Shown here: positions 46,059 through 55,757 of the stretch, piece after piece | How positions within the stretch are numbered: the stretch's first letter is position 1 | How the letters are laid out: each line of letters starts with the position of its first letter | DNA from: Treponemataceae bacterium | GTDB taxonomy: Bacteria > Spirochaetota > Spirochaetia > Treponematales > Rectinemataceae | Length of the DNA stretch: 64,000 nucleotides | Assembly: GCA_963667725.2 (NCBI GenBank) | Contig: CAXXHO010000003.1 | Coordinates: 1,664,001-1,728,000 of the forward strand | Direction of reading: 5' to 3' | Translations under genes and position numbers: made by a program | Notes under the pieces: model-generated | Told to the model about the DNA's origin: nothing | The model's database searches: none | The model's input: the letters and a program-made list of their open reading frames with translations, nothing else

Positions 46059-47318
46059 TTAATCCTTCCTGAGCACCGTGACGCAGTTGGTCGCGGCGCT
46101 TCCCCCCACGTTGAACGCCACCGCTATTTCCGGCTGGCCTTTCGTCGGCGCGGCGCCTATGGGTTCGCCCACGAGCTGTTTGTACAGCAGCACGTGCATG
46201 GAAACCCCCGTGGCCCCCACGGGATGCCCTTTGGCCTTGAGCCCGCCCGAAAGGTTGACGCAGCACTTCTGATCTTCCCGGCCGAAGCGGCCGTCCATAT
46301 AGTCGAAGCCGGCGCGTCCGTCAGCGGAAAGTCCCAAAGCTTCGGTGCTGAGCAGCTGGTTGATCGTGAAGCAGTCGTGGACCTCGGCGATGTCCACGTC
46401 AGCGCTTCGGATGCCCGCTTCGGCGTAAGCCCTGCGAGCCGCTTCCTTGCCCGCGACCAGTTCGCGCATATTACCGCGCATGGATATGGGCATGTATTCG
46501 TTGGTGTGGCCGATCCCGGCGATTTTCACCCGTTTTCCGCCTCTCGCAGCGGCGTCTTCCGATCTCATGATCACGAGGGCCGCAGCCCCGTCGGTGACGA
46601 GCGAACAGTCATGGAGGCGCAGAGGTTCAGCGATGACGGGATTCTTCTCCGGAGGAAGGTTCAGGATGGCTTCGGCCGTCGTCAGCCCAAGACGATCGGA
46701 GGGGCCGCCCTTGCCGAAGTGCGCGAGCGGATTGTCGAGGCCGTTCCGGTAACAGAGCGCCGAAACGGAAGCGAGCATCTTCGCCAGCGTCTGGGAGGAA
46801 AAACCGTAATGAGCCATGTAGCCCTTGGCGTATTCGGCGAAGAGGCCGGGAAAAGTCATCCCCCCGGCTCCTTCCTCCGGCCAGTAGGAACAGGTCGCCA
46901 GGGCGTGGGTGACGTCCTTCGTGCCCAGGAGATTCATCTTCTCGACGCCAAGGACAAGGGCGATTCGCGCCCTTCCCGCTTCCACGGCGTATATCGCGTC
47001 ATAGAGAGCCACCGAGCCCGAGGCGCAAGCGTCCTCGCAGCGCGTCATGGACTTGAAGCGCAGGCCCTCCGGGTCTATCGCGAGAGCCGCGGCGGCCAGG
47101 TGTTCCTGGTTCGCGAAGAGCCCGGGCGCGCAGCTGCCTACCCAGACCGCGTCCACATCGGCGGCGCTTATGCCGGCGTCGGCCAACGCTCCCCTGCCGG
47201 CTTCAGTCATCAATTCGTAGATGCTCTTGAGGTCGGTGACGACGCCCGTTTCCTTGTCTTTCCTCACCAGATTGCCGAACGCCGTATTATAAGCCCCGAT
47301 GATACTTACTTTTGACAT
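46059..47318 (-). CDS. Thiolase, SCP2/SCP-x-like subfamily
   Basis: EDACASGS (Cys), DCSLVTDGAAA, EVHDCF, NLSGGLKAKGHPVGATG. Confidence 0.88.
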   Translation of the reverse strand: MSKVSIIGAYNTAFGNLVRKDKETGVVTDLKSIYELMTEAGRGALADAGISAADVDAVWVGSCAPGLFANQEHLAAAALAIDPEGLRFKSMTRCEDACASGSVALYDAIYAVEAGRARIALVLGVEKMNLLGTKDVTHALATCSYWPEEGAGGMTFPGLFAEYAKGYMAHYGFSSQTLAKMLASVSALCYRNGLDNPLAHFGKGGPSDRLGLTTAEAILNLPPEKNPVIAEPLRLHDCSLVTDGAAALVIMRSEDAAARGGKRVKIAGIGHTNEYMPISMRGNMRELVAGKEAARRAYAEAGIRSADVDIAEVHDCFTINQLLSTEALGLSADGRAGFDYMDGRFGREDQKCCVNLSGGLKAKGHPVGATGVSMHVLLYKQLVGEPIGAAPTKGQPEIAVAFNVGGSAATNCVTVLRKD

Positions 47319-47335
47319 TGTCCCTTCCTCCTTAT

Positions 47336-48115
47336 CTATCGCTTCCCGACTCTTTCCGTGAATGAAGCCAGAATTTCAAGGAACTTCCCCGGATTTTCCG
47401 CGATGACGGAATGTCCGACATCCTCGACAATAACGAGCTCTGCGTCGGGATAGGCCTGGGCCGTATCCTTAGCCATCGTTTCCGATATTATGAAATCCTC
47501 CCTTCCCCATATAACGAGGACTGGTTCCCTGAAACCGGAAGTCTCGGCCGATACGTCGAAACGCGATAAGGCTTCCGCGTTCCCTATCCAGGCTTTTTCC
47601 GCCATGCGCGCCGCGTCATCGACAAGGGCATCGAAAAAAAGCGGATCCCGCAGCGTCGGCACGGTGGCCGCGAGCGCTTTGGAGAGGATGTTTTTGTCCT
47701 TTCGCATCATTTCGACGAAGGGATAGCGATCCCGAGGCGTCAGGAGGCCTTGGGGCGAGGAGGAATCCACGAGGACGAGAGCTTTGACGGTCCCGGGATG
47801 CCGCAGGGCAAGGGATTGCGCCACGGCGCCGCCGAGCGAGTGACCGACTACGATGGGCGATTTCAAACCAAGCGCTTCGATAAATTCCTGTACGCAGTCG
47901 GCGTAGGCATGGAGATCGACATCGCCGGATAGCTCAGATGAGCGGCCGAAATTCGGCAGGTCCAGCGCGAAGGTCTGGAAACCGGGGATCTCCATGACTT
48001 TCGAATACCAGAGGCTGGAGCCTGTATTGCCATGGATATACACGAGAGGTTGACCGCTGCCGGTCGTGGCGTAGTAGAGATGCATGCCGCCGATAAGCAA
48101 CAATGCGCTCGTCAT
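47336..48115 (-). CDS. Alpha/beta hydrolase (esterase/lactonase-like)
   Basis: HGN, DLPNFGRS, GHSLGG (Ser), WGRED, VGH. Confidence 0.88.
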   Translation of the reverse strand: MTSALLLIGGMHLYYATTGSGQPLVYIHGNTGSSLWYSKVMEIPGFQTFALDLPNFGRSSELSGDVDLHAYADCVQEFIEALGLKSPIVVGHSLGGAVAQSLALRHPGTVKALVLVDSSSPQGLLTPRDRYPFVEMMRKDKNILSKALAATVPTLRDPLFFDALVDDAARMAEKAWIGNAEALSRFDVSAETSGFREPVLVIWGREDFIISETMAKDTAQAYPDAELVIVEDVGHSVIAENPGKFLEILASFTERVGKR

Positions 48116-48912
48116 GATTTTTCCCCCATAGTGAAAGCGGCGATCTCGGCCGCTATCAGAACCGGCCGCTCGATGACGACCGCGTGGCCCGCCCCCGGCA
48201 GTACCTTGAGAAGGGAACCAGCGATATTGGCCGCTATGATGGAAGCGAATCCTCTATGTTTCAGTATATCCCGTTCACCGACGAGCACAAGGGTTCTACA
48301 GGTTATGCGATTTAGTTTTGGCGTCAAGTCTATGGAGAGGAAGGCGCGGCAGAGCCCCGAGAAAGCGTCGAACCATTCTCTCGGCAGCGATGCCACCGAG
48401 TCTTCCCTGGTTTTGAGGATGCCGGAATTAGCCGCTATATAGTCCGAAGAGTAATTCCAGGGCAGGATCGTCCTGTAAAAAACCCTGGCGTCGCAGAGCG
48501 CCGCGGCCATCCAGGATTCGACCGTCGCCCTGAGATGAGCATCCAGCTCGCTCACTCCGTCGATGATCGTCAGCGAAAGACATTTTTCCGGATGGGCGAT
48601 GGCGAAAGCCAGTGCCACCTCGGCGCCGTAGGAGGTGCCGACGATATGCGCTTCATGAATGGACAGCCCCTCCATGAGCGCCGCCAGGTCTTCGGCATGG
48701 CCTTCGAGGCTGTAGGGAGAAGCCGGCTTTTCGCTCAACGTCTGGCCGCGCATATCGTGGCAAAGCGCGCGGCATTTACCGCCGAGAGCTTCCAGGACGG
48801 GTTTCCAGTGCCCGATCGACATCGCGATGCCGTTGAGAAAAACAAGGGCTGGTCCCTCGGTCCCGAACAGTTCATAGCGGAGTCTCGCGCCGTTGGCGAT
48901 GAAATCCGGCAT
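48112..48912 (-). CDS. Alpha/beta hydrolase (PcaD enol-lactonase-like)
   Basis: NGI, DMRGQ..S, GTSYGA (Ser), GERD, AGH. Confidence 0.88.
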   Translation of the reverse strand: MPDFIANGARLRYELFGTEGPALVFLNGIAMSIGHWKPVLEALGGKCRALCHDMRGQTLSEKPASPYSLEGHAEDLAALMEGLSIHEAHIVGTSYGAEVALAFAIAHPEKCLSLTIIDGVSELDAHLRATVESWMAAALCDARVFYRTILPWNYSSDYIAANSGILKTREDSVASLPREWFDAFSGLCRAFLSIDLTPKLNRITCRTLVLVGERDILKHRGFASIIAANIAGSLLKVLPGAGHAVVIERPVLIAAEIAAFTMGEKS

Positions 48913-48922
48913 ACGGTATCTC

Positions 48923-49624
48923 CTAAAGCCCCAGATAGGACTTGAGCACGTATGGATTCGTGCGCAGGCCCTCGGCGCTGTCCTCGATGACGATTTTCCC
49001 GTTCTCCAGCACATAGCCGCGGTCTATGGACCTTAGGCTCTCGCGGACGTTCTGTTCGGTCACGAGAATTGAGACCGATTTCTTCAGCGTCTTGAGCACC
49101 TCAAAAACCTCGGCGACGATGGAAGGCTGAAGGCCGAGCGAGGGCTCGTCGAGTATGAGAAGTTTGGGATCGGACATGAGGGCTCTCGCGATGGCGACCA
49201 TGCGCTGCTGCCCGCCCGACATCGTCCCCGCGAGCTGCTTTCGCCTCTCCTTGAGAATCGGGAACATCGCGAACACCTTATCGAGATGATCCTTAGTCTT
49301 GGCCTTGGCGTGGGGAATATAGGCGGCTCCCAGGAGGAGATTGTCCTCCACCGACATGCCGGGGAATAGCTCCCTTTCCTGAGGAACGAGGGCTACGCCC
49401 ATCCTGGCCATGATATGCGTCTCCGTACCCTCGACGCGTTTGCCTTCCAGTTCGATGCCGCCCGCCCAGACCCTGTTCATGCCCATGACCGCGTTTATGA
49501 GGGTGGTCTTGCCGGCCCCGTTCGGACCGAAGAGACCCACGGATTCGGCTCCCACTTCCAGGTTCACGCCCTGGATCACCTTCATTCGGCCGTAGCCGCA
49601 TTCGAGACCTTGAATTTTAAGCAT
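48923..49624 (-). CDS. livF: HAAT (Liv-type) ABC transporter ATP-binding protein
   Basis: GPNGAGKT, MSGGQQRM, LDEPSLGL, EQN. Confidence 0.9.
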   Translation of the reverse strand: MLKIQGLECGYGRMKVIQGVNLEVGAESVGLFGPNGAGKTTLINAVMGMNRVWAGGIELEGKRVEGTETHIMARMGVALVPQERELFPGMSVEDNLLLGAAYIPHAKAKTKDHLDKVFAMFPILKERRKQLAGTMSGGQQRMVAIARALMSDPKLLILDEPSLGLQPSIVAEVFEVLKTLKKSVSILVTEQNVRESLRSIDRGYVLENGKIVIEDSAEGLRTNPYVLKSYLGL

Positions 49625-50343
49625 CAGGCGGCTCCTCCGAGGTAGGCTTCGATGACGCGGGGATTCTGGGACACTTCCTCGTAAGGGCCTTGGGCGATTA
49701 GCTCCCCCGCTTCCAGGACGATGACGCGGTGCGTCAGCTCTCGGATGACGCCCATGACGTGCTCCACCACGCCCACCGCCAACCCGCGCTCCTTGGCGAC
49801 TTTCTGTACCGTGGCGATCAGGTCCTTCGTTTCGTCGGAGTTGAGTCCGGCCATCACCTCGTCGAGGAAAAGTACCTCCGGTTCGTTGGCCAGGGCCCTG
49901 GCGATCTCCATCTTCTTCACTTCGAGAATCGTGAGTCGGCTGGTGTCCCTTTCTATATCCCTGAGGCCGAGTTCTGCGCAGAGGGCTTCGGCCTTGCGTC
50001 TGGCCGCCTTGAGCCCGTTTCCGCGGGCGAAGATCGAACCCACCATGATGTTCTCCACGAGGCTCAAGTTTTCGAGGGGGTGGATGAGCTGGTAGGTTCT
50101 CGCTATGCCCATGCGCGCCCTCTCGTGGGCGGGCGCGTAGGTGATGTCCTGCCCTTTGTATTCGATTTTTCCCTCGCTCGGCATGATGATGCCCGAAACA
50201 AGGTTGATGAAGGTCGTCTTTCCGGCGCCATTCGGCCCGATGATGCCGAGGATTTCGCCCGAGTCCATGGAGAAGGATACCTTGTTCACGGCCACGAGAC
50301 CCAGGAAACGTCTCGTGAGGTCGGTAGTCTTGAGCTTGGTCAT
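49624..50343 (-). CDS. livG: HAAT (Liv-type) ABC transporter ATP-binding protein
   Basis: GPNGAGKT, GIARTYQ, LDEVMAGL, VEH, VIEAYLG. Confidence 0.9.
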   Translation of the reverse strand: MTKLKTTDLTRRFLGLVAVNKVSFSMDSGEILGIIGPNGAGKTTFINLVSGIIMPSEGKIEYKGQDITYAPAHERARMGIARTYQLIHPLENLSLVENIMVGSIFARGNGLKAARRKAEALCAELGLRDIERDTSRLTILEVKKMEIARALANEPEVLFLDEVMAGLNSDETKDLIATVQKVAKERGLAVGVVEHVMGVIRELTHRVIVLEAGELIAQGPYEEVSQNPRVIEAYLGGAA

Positions 50344-51278
50344 TTTGTCTTCCTCCCGGTTTTGCCCATCGCTTTCCGAGCGACCCCGAGCAGGCCCTGA
50401 GGCATGAACAGGATTACGAAGATGATCATGATTCCGTACACGACGAGATGGCCGTAGGGAATCTTCAGCTTGAGCCACTCAGCGACCAGGCCGAGGAGAA
50501 GGCCTCCGAGGATCGGGCCCACCGTGCTGTGGATGCCTCCGAGCAGCGCCATCGCGAGGGGAAGGAGGGTAAAGTCGGCGCTGAACACGGTGTCGGGCGA
50601 GGCGAAGCCGTAGGACATCGCGAAGATGCCGCCGATCATGCCCTGGATGGCCGATGTCACCACGAAGGTGACGAGGAGCCAGCGGAAAATGTCGACGCCG
50701 GAAGACCTGGCCGAAATCTCGTTGTTCCTGATAGCGGTGAGCGCGAATCGGACGCGGCTTTTCTCGAACCAGTAGGAAGCGCCCAACGCCACGGCGAGGC
50801 CGGCGAGGGTGAGAAAATAAAGGCTGCCGGATTTGCCGCCGAAGATGATGCCCTCCTGGACGACGATGCCCTCGGGGCCGCCCGAGAATTCCTTCATGTT
50901 CTGTATGATGATGCGGAATATCTCGCCCAGGGCGAGGGTGACGATCGAGAAGTAGGTATGCCTCAGCCTGAGGATGAGGAAGCCGATGAGGAAGGCCACG
51001 ATGCCGGAGAAGAGACCGGCGAAGGGAATCGAAAGCCAACCGGGCATCCCGCCCCTCACGACGCCGAGAATCGACGCGTAGGCTCCCAGGCCCACGAGTC
51101 CGGCTATGCCGAAGGATATCTGCCCCGAGCGCAGGAGCATGTCCCAGGTGATGGCAAGGGCCATATACATCATGACGTTGCGCGCTACCTGAAGCGGGTA
51201 GTCTCCCGCGAAGGCGGGCAATGTCAGCGCGAGCACTGCGGCGATCGCGGCGAAAGTCCGGGCTACGTTGCGGTTCAC
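50340..51278 (-). CDS. livM: HAAT (Liv-type) ABC transporter permease
   Basis: GQISFG, YFSIVTLALGE, GGPEG, AIRNNE, LLGG..S..GP. Confidence 0.88.
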   Translation of the reverse strand: MNRNVARTFAAIAAVLALTLPAFAGDYPLQVARNVMMYMALAITWDMLLRSGQISFGIAGLVGLGAYASILGVVRGGMPGWLSIPFAGLFSGIVAFLIGFLILRLRHTYFSIVTLALGEIFRIIIQNMKEFSGGPEGIVVQEGIIFGGKSGSLYFLTLAGLAVALGASYWFEKSRVRFALTAIRNNEISARSSGVDIFRWLLVTFVVTSAIQGMIGGIFAMSYGFASPDTVFSADFTLLPLAMALLGGIHSTVGPILGGLLLGLVAEWLKLKIPYGHLVVYGIMIIFVILFMPQGLLGVARKAMGKTGRKTK

Positions 51279-52198
51279 GACTTCCTCCCTTTCAGGGAAC
51301 GGCTCAGTATGACGACGATGATGAGGACGAAGAACACGATGTCGGCCCATTCGCGGGTTCCGCGGAAGGCGCGCAGGAAACTCTCGGAAATGCCGAGGAG
51401 AATGCTCGCGCTAAGGATGCCGGGAATGTTGCCGACGCCGGCCATGGCCACGAGGCAGAAACTCTTCATGGTGAAGGGCGATCCGACGCTCGGGAAAATG
51501 GCCGATTTCGTGAGGAAAAGCGCGCCCATCGCGCCGAGGAGGGCTGTGGCTATCGCGAACACGAGGCCGTAGATCCTGTTGACGTCGATGCCGACGATCG
51601 CGGCGCCGCGCGGGTTCTGGCCCACGGCGAGGGCGGCCTTGCCGGTCGTCGTCTTCGTGAGGAAGAATGTCAGCCCGTAGGTGAAAAGGATGGCGGCGGC
51701 GACGAAAACGAAAGACCAGACGCCGAAGGTGAGCTCGCCGATGTCCATGGAGGCCGAAACGTAGTCGAGCGACATTTTGAAGGTCTGCGAGGTGAAGGCC
51801 AGGTTGATGGCCTGGCTGAAGACGATCGAGATGCCGAAAGTGAGAATGAGCTGATTGAGTTCGGGAGCCTTGAGCGCCCGCCGGATCGTCAACTGGAAGA
51901 TGACCCAGCCAAAGAGGGCGGTGACGAGAGCCGTCGGGACGATGGCGAGGAGGGGATCCATGCCCAGGGCCTTGCAGGCGAAATAAGTAGCGTAGGAGGC
52001 CATCATCATGAATTCGCCGTGGGCTAGATTCACGATATGGACGATTCCGAGCACGAGTCCCATGGGGATCGCGATCGCCGCGTAAAGCCCCGCGGACTGC
52101 AGGCCGTAGATGAGGACGGTCGGCTTCCACAGGACGATAGCGATCACGGCTGCCGTACCCAGAGCCAGGAGGATAGCTGTTCGTTTTTTCAGTGCCAT
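51275..52198 (-). CDS. livH: HAAT (Liv-type) ABC transporter permease
   Basis: GIVHIVNLAHGEF, LTFG, AVGQN..GA..GI. Confidence 0.88.
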   Translation of the reverse strand: MALKKRTAILLALGTAAVIAIVLWKPTVLIYGLQSAGLYAAIAIPMGLVLGIVHIVNLAHGEFMMMASYATYFACKALGMDPLLAIVPTALVTALFGWVIFQLTIRRALKAPELNQLILTFGISIVFSQAINLAFTSQTFKMSLDYVSASMDIGELTFGVWSFVFVAAAILFTYGLTFFLTKTTTGKAALAVGQNPRGAAIVGIDVNRIYGLVFAIATALLGAMGALFLTKSAIFPSVGSPFTMKSFCLVAMAGVGNIPGILSASILLGISESFLRAFRGTREWADIVFFVLIIVVILSRSLKGRKS

Positions 52199-52238
52199 CT
52201 TGACTGCCTTTTTGCTGGAATAAAATGCCGCGGGGCAG

Positions 52239-52267
52239 CGCGGGCGATCTTCGGGAGATCGCCCGCG
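52239..52267. terminator. GC hairpin between the binding-protein and permease genes (attenuator or mRNA stabiliser)
   Basis: CGCGGGCGATCT-TCGGG-AGATCGCCCGCG, a 12-bp stem without a U-tract. Confidence 0.55.
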
Positions 52268-52305
52268 AAACCTCGCGGTGATGCATCAAAAATACGGAAC
52301 CGTTC

Positions 52306-53520
52306 TCACTTCCACGCGGGGAAAGGATACACGGGCTCAGAGGTGGCCGCCTCGAAGGGCCAGATCACTTCCTGGAAACCGTTCTGCCACTGCAGGATTT
52401 TCTGCCTGGTGATTCCCTGGTGCTTGATGACGTTGGACGGCTTGAAGGTGATGGTCTCGCCGAGGGCCGACGCGTACTTCGTCGCCTCGAGAGCCTTGAC
52501 GAGCGCCGCGGTTTCGGTGGTGCCGGCGGCCTTGATGCCGTTGGCCAGGATATGGACAGCGTCATAGGCCAGAAGGGCGAAATAGGTGGCCGGTTCTTCC
52601 CTGAATTTCTTGACGTAGGCATCGTAGAATTTCTTGCTCGTGGCGTTGCCTTCGTTCATGGCCGTCGACCACATTCCGTAGAGCATCACGTTGCGCGAAA
52701 GCTTGGACGACCCGAAGCCGATGGGCCATCCGGGGGGCGCCCCGAGGTAGATGCCGGGGCTGAACTTCATGGCCTTGGACTGCTCGAGCAGGGGAAGAGC
52801 GTCGGCGTCGTAGCCGGCCCATATGAAGAGATCGGGCTTAAAGCTCTTGGCCACCTCGAGGACGGCGGTGTAGTCGCCGCCGCCGAGGGCAGCGCTCTTG
52901 AAGGGCGCGCCGTCGATCGTGAAGCGGCTGCCGCTTCCGCCGAACAGGGTCTTCGTCGCGGTCCAGGAGGACTGGCCGAAGGCGCCTTCCTCGTAGGCAA
53001 GGAAGATCTTCTTGACCTGGACGTTCGGGTACTTCGCCATGATGGCATTCCAGCCCTCGAGGTAGGAAGCGCCCTGATTGTAATCCCATGGATGGAGATG
53101 GAAATAGAAATCGGATTCGGGCGAGGGACCGAGGGCCTTTTCGACCGTCGAGCTCGCGGCCGCTCCGGTGGACATCACGACCTTGCCGTATTTCTTGAAG
53201 ACGGGGATCTTGCCGAGTTCGGCGCCGGAGGCCATGCCGCCAAGGAACACGTCGACCTTGTCCACGGTGGCGAGTTTCTCGACCTGAGCCGCGGCCTTGT
53301 CGGCCTTGCCCTCGTCATCGGCGACGATGAGTTCGAGTTTCTTGCCGAGAACGCCGCCGGCCGCGTTGATTTCGTCGACGGCGATCTGGGCGGCCTTGCT
53401 GCCCTGGTTCCCCGTGATGTCGGCGAGCATCCAGATACCGCCGATCTTGATGGTGCCCTGCGCGAAAACGCCGCCCGACAAGAGGGCCAGCGCCGCAAGA
53501 ACCAAAAGGATTCGTTTCAT
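52306..53520 (-). CDS. HAAT (LivK-like) ABC substrate-binding protein
   Basis: Signal peptide; AVDEINAAGGVLGKKLEL..DD, AYDAV, QWQNG..VIWP. Confidence 0.9.
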   Translation of the reverse strand: MKRILLVLAALALLSGGVFAQGTIKIGGIWMLADITGNQGSKAAQIAVDEINAAGGVLGKKLELIVADDEGKADKAAAQVEKLATVDKVDVFLGGMASGAELGKIPVFKKYGKVVMSTGAAASSTVEKALGPSPESDFYFHLHPWDYNQGASYLEGWNAIMAKYPNVQVKKIFLAYEEGAFGQSSWTATKTLFGGSGSRFTIDGAPFKSAALGGGDYTAVLEVAKSFKPDLFIWAGYDADALPLLEQSKAMKFSPGIYLGAPPGWPIGFGSSKLSRNVMLYGMWSTAMNEGNATSKKFYDAYVKKFREEPATYFALLAYDAVHILANGIKAAGTTETAALVKALEATKYASALGETITFKPSNVIKHQGITRQKILQWQNGFQEVIWPFEAATSEPVYPFPAWK

Positions 53521-53630
53521 TCAAGCCTCCCTGGGACCGCCAATCTCGGCTGCCCCTTTTTCTATCCGGTCCGGAATGCCCGGCCGGCATTGACCAACAT
53601 AAAAGGCGCGGCGAAGCGCCCCCAGCGCTT

Positions 53631-54368
53631 TTAAAGCACCAGCCCGCCGTCCACGCGCAGAACCTGGCCCGTGATGAATACCGATTCATCAGAACAGAGG
53701 AAAAGCACGGCGTTGGCGATGTCGATAGGCATGGCCAGCCGGCCGAGCGGTGTCTTCGCGATGATGGGCTCGAGGACCTTTTCGGGAACGGACTCTATCA
53801 TCGGCGTCCTGCAGTAGCCCGGCGACACGGAGTTGACCCTGATCTTCGCGCCCTTGCGTGCGAATTCCTTGGCCCAGCCCTTGGTCATGGCCACGACGCC
53901 GCCCTTGGTGGCGGCATAGTTGGACTGGCCGATGTTGCCGTCGAGCCCGACGACCGAGGCTATGGAGACGATGGCCCCGCTTCCGCCCGCCATCATCTGG
54001 GGAGCGACCGCCCGCGTCATCTTGAAGACACCGGTGAGGTTGACGTTGATGACAGCGGCCCAATCGTCGTCGCTCATCTTCTGGATGAGGGCGTCGCGCG
54101 TTATGCCCGCGTTGTTGACGAGGGCGTCGATGCGGCCGAATTCGGCCTGGACTTTCTCGACGAAAGCCTGGATCTGCGCGGTGTCGGTGACGTTGAGCAC
54201 GGCGCCTCTCACATTGCTCCTGCCGGCTTCGAGTTCGGGGAAGGCCGCGTCGTTGACATCGACGGCGAAAACCATGGCGGCGCCCTCTTCGGCGAAGCGG
54301 TCGACGATCGCGCGGCCAATGCCGCGGGCGCCGCCCGTCACTATGCAAACCTTGTCCTTCATTCTCAT
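53631..54368 (-). CDS. FabG/PhaB-like 3-oxoacyl (acetoacetyl)-CoA reductase (SDR)
   Basis: TGGARGIG, NNAGITRD, GNIGQSNYAATK, V.GQVL.VDGG. Confidence 0.88.
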   Translation of the reverse strand: MRMKDKVCIVTGGARGIGRAIVDRFAEEGAAMVFAVDVNDAAFPELEAGRSNVRGAVLNVTDTAQIQAFVEKVQAEFGRIDALVNNAGITRDALIQKMSDDDWAAVINVNLTGVFKMTRAVAPQMMAGGSGAIVSIASVVGLDGNIGQSNYAATKGGVVAMTKGWAKEFARKGAKIRVNSVSPGYCRTPMIESVPEKVLEPIIAKTPLGRLAMPIDIANAVLFLCSDESVFITGQVLRVDGGLVL

Positions 54369-54418
54369 ATGATTCCTCCCAATACTGACTTCTTCTATAC
54401 GCGGACTTCCTAGCGTCA

Positions 54419-55432
54419 TTATTCCTTGACGATTCCCCATCTGACGATCGTGCTCGCCCACACGAAGCCGAGGCCGGCGCCCACGAGGACGATGTGCGCG
54501 CCTTCACCGATCTTTCCCGACTCCAACCCGAGCTTTATGGACAGAAGCTGGTCGTTCTGTCCTATATGGCCGTAATCCTCGAGGTAAGTGGACTGCTCGG
54601 CCCCGAGGCCGAGTTCCGCGAGAACCGCCTCGTGCGCGCTGCGCTTGAAGTGGAGTATGGCGAGATAGTCGATGTCGGCTTGATCGAGCCCTGATTTCGC
54701 GAGCGCGTCGCGGATGACGCCGTAAAAATTGGGCATCGTCACCTCGCCCAGCTTGGCCTTGAAGGCAGCCTCGTCGGGCACGACGAAAAAGGGCTTCGCG
54801 GCGTCCTCGGGCTTGGGTGGCCAGGCTTTGGAGCCCAGCACCGGCACGACGCACATTTCGGAAAGCGAGCCATCGCCCCTGAAAGCTGAGGAGAGAATGG
54901 CGTTTTTTCCCAGATTCTTCACGAGCACGCAGGCCGAACCGCCCGATCCAATGTCCATCATGAATCGCGTCGGCGGATAGGCGAGGTCGATAAGATCGTT
55001 GTTGCGATAGCCCGATACGAGAAGGACGGTTTTGAGGTCGTCCCTGGCGAGCATAAGAGACTTGGCCACGTCGAGAGCCGCCATCATCGAGCCGCACATG
55101 GCTTCCATGTCGAAACTCCAGGCGCGGCAGGCCCCCAGCCGGTTGGCGACGTTGAGTCCGGCGAGCCAGCATGGATAATCCTTGTGCTGGGCGCCGCACC
55201 AGATGACGAGGTCCAGTTCCCGGGCTTCGACGCCCGCGTCGCCGAGCGCTTCCACCGCGGCCTTGTAGCCCATGTCGGAGGTCGTGTTGTCGGGACCGGC
55301 CACCGGCTTCCGGTTTACGCCGAATTTCTTGGCAATGACATCTTCTGGCACGCCGCTCGCCTGGGCGAGATCGGCGGCGGTGGTGTAAGTATCAGGTAAA
55401 AAAACCCCGATACCGGCGATTCCTATATGCAT
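54419..55432 (-). CDS. FabH/KAS III-like protein with Cys-His-His pattern
   Basis: GIAGIGVFLP, AMCGS (Cys), LHFKRS, YGHIGQ, GAGLGFVW. Confidence 0.8.
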   Translation of the reverse strand: MHIGIAGIGVFLPDTYTTAADLAQASGVPEDVIAKKFGVNRKPVAGPDNTTSDMGYKAAVEALGDAGVEARELDLVIWCGAQHKDYPCWLAGLNVANRLGACRAWSFDMEAMCGSMMAALDVAKSLMLARDDLKTVLLVSGYRNNDLIDLAYPPTRFMMDIGSGGSACVLVKNLGKNAILSSAFRGDGSLSEMCVVPVLGSKAWPPKPEDAAKPFFVVPDEAAFKAKLGEVTMPNFYGVIRDALAKSGLDQADIDYLAILHFKRSAHEAVLAELGLGAEQSTYLEDYGHIGQNDQLLSIKLGLESGKIGEGAHIVLVGAGLGFVWASTIVRWGIVKE

Positions 55433-55448
55433 CCCTAACTCCATGAAA

Positions 55449-55466
55449 AGTGAATCATCTCTCACT
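55449..55466. promoter_or_regulatory. Putative TetR operator 1, just downstream of the -10 box of the leftward operon
   Basis: AGTGAATCATCTCTCACT (AGTGA-N8-TCACT); its core recurs at 55684. Confidence 0.65.
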
Positions 55467-55643
55467 ATCATATCCATCGGTTTCCTCAATCCGTCAAGGG
55501 CAAATTTGTGATATTTTTAACAATTATGGACTTTCTGATAATTATAAATTATTATTTTATTATATTAATTGTAATTATAAAAAATCAAATATCGATGCCA
55601 TATCCATGATCCGCGGCTTCCACGCTTTTTTTCGGAATCGCCC

Positions 55644-55707
55644 TTGCGCGATCCAGCCAAGAGCCTTATACTATTTTTCAAGATATGAACCATCTCTCAT
55701 TCATATC
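55644..55707 (+). promoter_or_regulatory. Promoter of the tandem TetR gene with putative operator 2
   Basis: TTGCGC-N17-TATACT, then GATATGAACCATCTCTCATTCATATC (shared core TGAAyCATCTCTCA). Confidence 0.65.
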
Positions 55708-55757
55708 GGCGCGAAATTCCGAGTTGGGAGAAACTTCGTGAAACCTGGGGAAAAGCA

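Noticed and set aside
18540..52267. Shared GCGATCTTCG core in two intergenic hairpins as a REP family
   Set aside because: Only two instances with different stems; both are explained as hairpins downstream of binding-protein genes.
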